From an uncultured Methylomirabilota bacterium (GTDB taxonomy: Bacteria > Methylomirabilota > Methylomirabilia > Methylomirabilales > 2-02-FULL-66-22): 64,000 nt of DNA. The DNA is taken from positions 288,001-352,000 of the forward strand of contig CAWJSJ010000002.1 in the NCBI GenBank assembly GCA_963845565.1, given 5' to 3'. Positions 61,793 through 64,000 of the stretch are shown here, piece by piece; positions within the stretch are counted from its first letter, which is position 1, and each line of letters opens with the position of its first letter. A program made the position numbers and the translations under genes. Under the pieces are notes generated by a model that ran no database searches, was not told where the DNA came from, and saw only the letters and a list, made by a program, of their open reading frames with translations.

Positions 61793-63399
61793 CGCGGCGC
61801 CCGACCCGAGGGGCGTTTTCGTTTCGCCTCTCCATTGCCACGCCTGTACGCCGAGCCCTCCGGAACGGCCGCCTCCCGGACCCGGAACGTCTTGGCGTGC
61901 CCGGCGGTGACGTTGGCGACGGTCACCTCGATGACTCCGGCGGCATCACACCGGTAGATCTCTTCGATGACGTGGGACGAGACCGCCGGCTCCCGCTGGA
62001 CGCGCACCGTCTTCAGGCTCGGGTGCCCCACGAGTCCGGGAGCGTACGGAAAGAGAATCTCCCGCCACGCGAGGAGGTCGCCGGCAGGCTCGCCTTGCCC
62101 TCGCAGGTCGCTGCACTCCAGGAACCGGAAGCGGCCGATGTTGTGGACGGGGGCATAACGGCGGCGGACCACCAACGGCGGCTCGCCGGGCTGCGGCAGG
62201 CGCGTCTCCTTGTCGAAGATGGGATCGAAGACGATCCGTCGGCCGGCCTCCGCCTCGCGCCACACCCCGAAGTGGCGATGGAACCGATCCGTGAGAACAT
62301 ACCCGCTCTCCCGATCGGCGGCAATGGCAAGCCCGATGGACGTCGCGCCCGCGGGATACGGTGACCGGCGGACCCGCGGGCCGAATCGCTCCCGCAGCGC
62401 GCGTGCCAGGATGGGAAGCTCGCAGGCGCCTCCCACGAGGTACACCACACCCGACGCGGTCGTTTCGCCCTGAGCCAACCCGCGGGCGGCCTCCATGGCG
62501 GCCTCGGTCACCTCGATGGTCCGAAGGATGAGCGGCTCGCACCGTTCGTAGAACCGAGCCACGGGGACCATGACCGCGCCCAGTGACGGGTCCACCTGCC
62601 CGAAATCCACCGTGATCTTCCGGCTGTTGGGGTTGATCCCCTCTTTCGCGTCCCGGCACAGCGTCAACAGCCGCGGGGCGACACCGGAGAGCACCTGCGA
62701 GGCGATGGCCGGATCCTCGAGGGCCAGATCGAGGAGCGCGGCATCAAAATCGTCCCCTCCCAGGCGCGAGATGCCTTCGCTCGAGACGACGTCGTGCCGG
62801 TTCTCCACCATGCTGATGACCGAGGCGTCAAACGTCCCGCCGCCGAGGTCATAGACCACGACATGTTCTCGCCGCCGGGACGGGATCGCCTTTCGGTAGC
62901 GATGGGCGTATTCGTTGCCCGCGGCCGAGGGCTCGTTGAGCATCCCGATCACCTCGAAGTTCGCCCGCCGGAAGGCCTCCAGGGTCAGGAACCGCTGGTT
63001 GCTATTGGCATGGGCCGGGGTCCCGACCATCACCTCCAGCCGATCATGGCGGCCGATCTCCAGGCTGCTTCGGTGGATCAGATCCAGACGCAATGCCACC
63101 AGAAACCGCGTCAGCCATTCGATGGCGGGGAGCTCGACGGCGCCCACGCTCCACACCGTGTCCGGGTCGCTGTCCCCGAGCAGCCGCTTGAAGGATCGAA
63201 GGAGGTTCCACTCCGGCGCGTAGAGCACCGCGTGCGCCTGGAGGCCAAATGCCAACCGGTCGCCGCGCGCCGCGATCAGCGACGGATACCAGTCCAGGGC
63301 ATCTCCCTGTTCCGCCTGGAAGGTGATCAGGGGGTAGTTGCCCTGTATGGCGGCCGCGACTCGCGTCCGTGTGGTCCCGAAGTCAATTCCCAGCCGCAT
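61789..63399 (-). CDS. Hsp70-family ATPase (non-DnaK)
   Basis: GIDFGTT, NEPSAA, YDLGGGTFD, LGGDDFD, LVGG. Confidence 0.88.
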   Translation of the reverse strand: MRLGIDFGTTRTRVAAAIQGNYPLITFQAEQGDALDWYPSLIAARGDRLAFGLQAHAVLYAPEWNLLRSFKRLLGDSDPDTVWSVGAVELPAIEWLTRFLVALRLDLIHRSSLEIGRHDRLEVMVGTPAHANSNQRFLTLEAFRRANFEVIGMLNEPSAAGNEYAHRYRKAIPSRRREHVVVYDLGGGTFDASVISMVENRHDVVSSEGISRLGGDDFDAALLDLALEDPAIASQVLSGVAPRLLTLCRDAKEGINPNSRKITVDFGQVDPSLGAVMVPVARFYERCEPLILRTIEVTEAAMEAARGLAQGETTASGVVYLVGGACELPILARALRERFGPRVRRSPYPAGATSIGLAIAADRESGYVLTDRFHRHFGVWREAEAGRRIVFDPIFDKETRLPQPGEPPLVVRRRYAPVHNIGRFRFLECSDLRGQGEPAGDLLAWREILFPYAPGLVGHPSLKTVRVQREPAVSSHVIEEIYRCDAAGVIEVTVANVTAGHAKTFRVREAAVPEGSAYRRGNGEAKRKRPSGRAPR

Positions 63400-63714
63400 T
63401 GCGCTCCCTCCTGCCCGTGGGTGGTCTCGCCCTGTCGGAGTCGTCGCGGTGGCGCCTGGCCGGCCTTCCACCGCGGGTCCGCCGGAACGTGCGTCGGATC
63501 TCACAAACGCGGGAGGTCGCCTCGCCGCTAGAATAGCACGCCGACACCCTGGCGAGTATATCTCCCGCCATCTTTCGCTCCAGGGTGGGGAGCTCCGCTC
63601 TCGGCTTGACGCGGAGCGCCCCCTTTGTCATGCTTCGCCTACCGGCGTCGGGTGGGCGGCAGATCCCCCATCAGGACCCGGAGGGAACCATACAGAGACC
63701 AGGAGGCGCCATGG

Positions 63715-64000
63715 ATGAAAGACGCAGCGTGCGAACTTCCAATTCGGCTTGGCGACGTCTTGCAGGTCGGGCTGGTGGTGCGGGATCTCCAGAAATCCAT
63801 GGAGACCTACTGGAGAGTGCTGGGGATCGGCCCGTGGAAGATCTACACCTACGCCCCACCGATGCTCCGCGAGGCCACCGTGCGCGGGAGGCGGGCGGAC
63901 TACTCCATGCGGGTGGCCCATGCCCAGGCGGGTCCCACCCAGCTCGAATTGATCCAGCCGCTGGACGGTCCGAGCATCTACCAGGAACACCTGGCGACCA
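63715..64000 (+). CDS. VOC/glyoxalase-family protein (runs off the window)
   Basis: Hand translation MKDAACELP...QVGLVVRDL...LGIGPW...QLELIQPLDGPSIY. Confidence 0.8.
   Translation, partial: MKDAACELPIRLGDVLQVGLVVRDLQKSMETYWRVLGIGPWKIYTYAPPMLREATVRGRRADYSMRVAHAQAGPTQLELIQPLDGPSIYQEHLAT

Noticed and set aside
61789..63399. dnaK
   Set aside because: Short, lacks the canonical substrate-binding and lid regions, and has no grpE or dnaJ nearby

Overview
High-GC bacterial window, accessory-rich, with no rRNA, tRNA or CRISPR array visible. Left to right: methyltransferase, amidohydrolase and aldo/keto reductase; a five-gene tungsten aldehyde oxidoreductase operon (aorABCDE type); a patchwork region (8.4-15 kb) divided by three direct copies of a promoter-bearing repeat, holding a His-depleted CtaA-like gene, a VIT1 transporter and a three-gene radical SAM locus; a ten-gene complex-I-like group 4 [NiFe]-hydrogenase operon whose catalytic half lies between two ~105-bp inverted repeats; a copper island (NosL-like proteins, ABC system, CusAB, multicopper oxidase) with a two-component system and an HUH tyrosine-transposase element with terminal inverted repeats; VapBC; an acyl-CoA cluster; two convergent peptide-ABC/amidase clusters; an Hsp70-family gene. 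The best candidate for an undescribed system is 12062-14703: a radical SAM-PDZ-DUF512-like enzyme, a small Tat-like exported protein, and a 93-aa protein that is a free-standing copy of a motif present twice at the enzyme N-terminus. Many genes carry frameshifts, and assembly indel errors cannot be told from real decay here. All family calls come from motifs recognised by eye; no database was searched.
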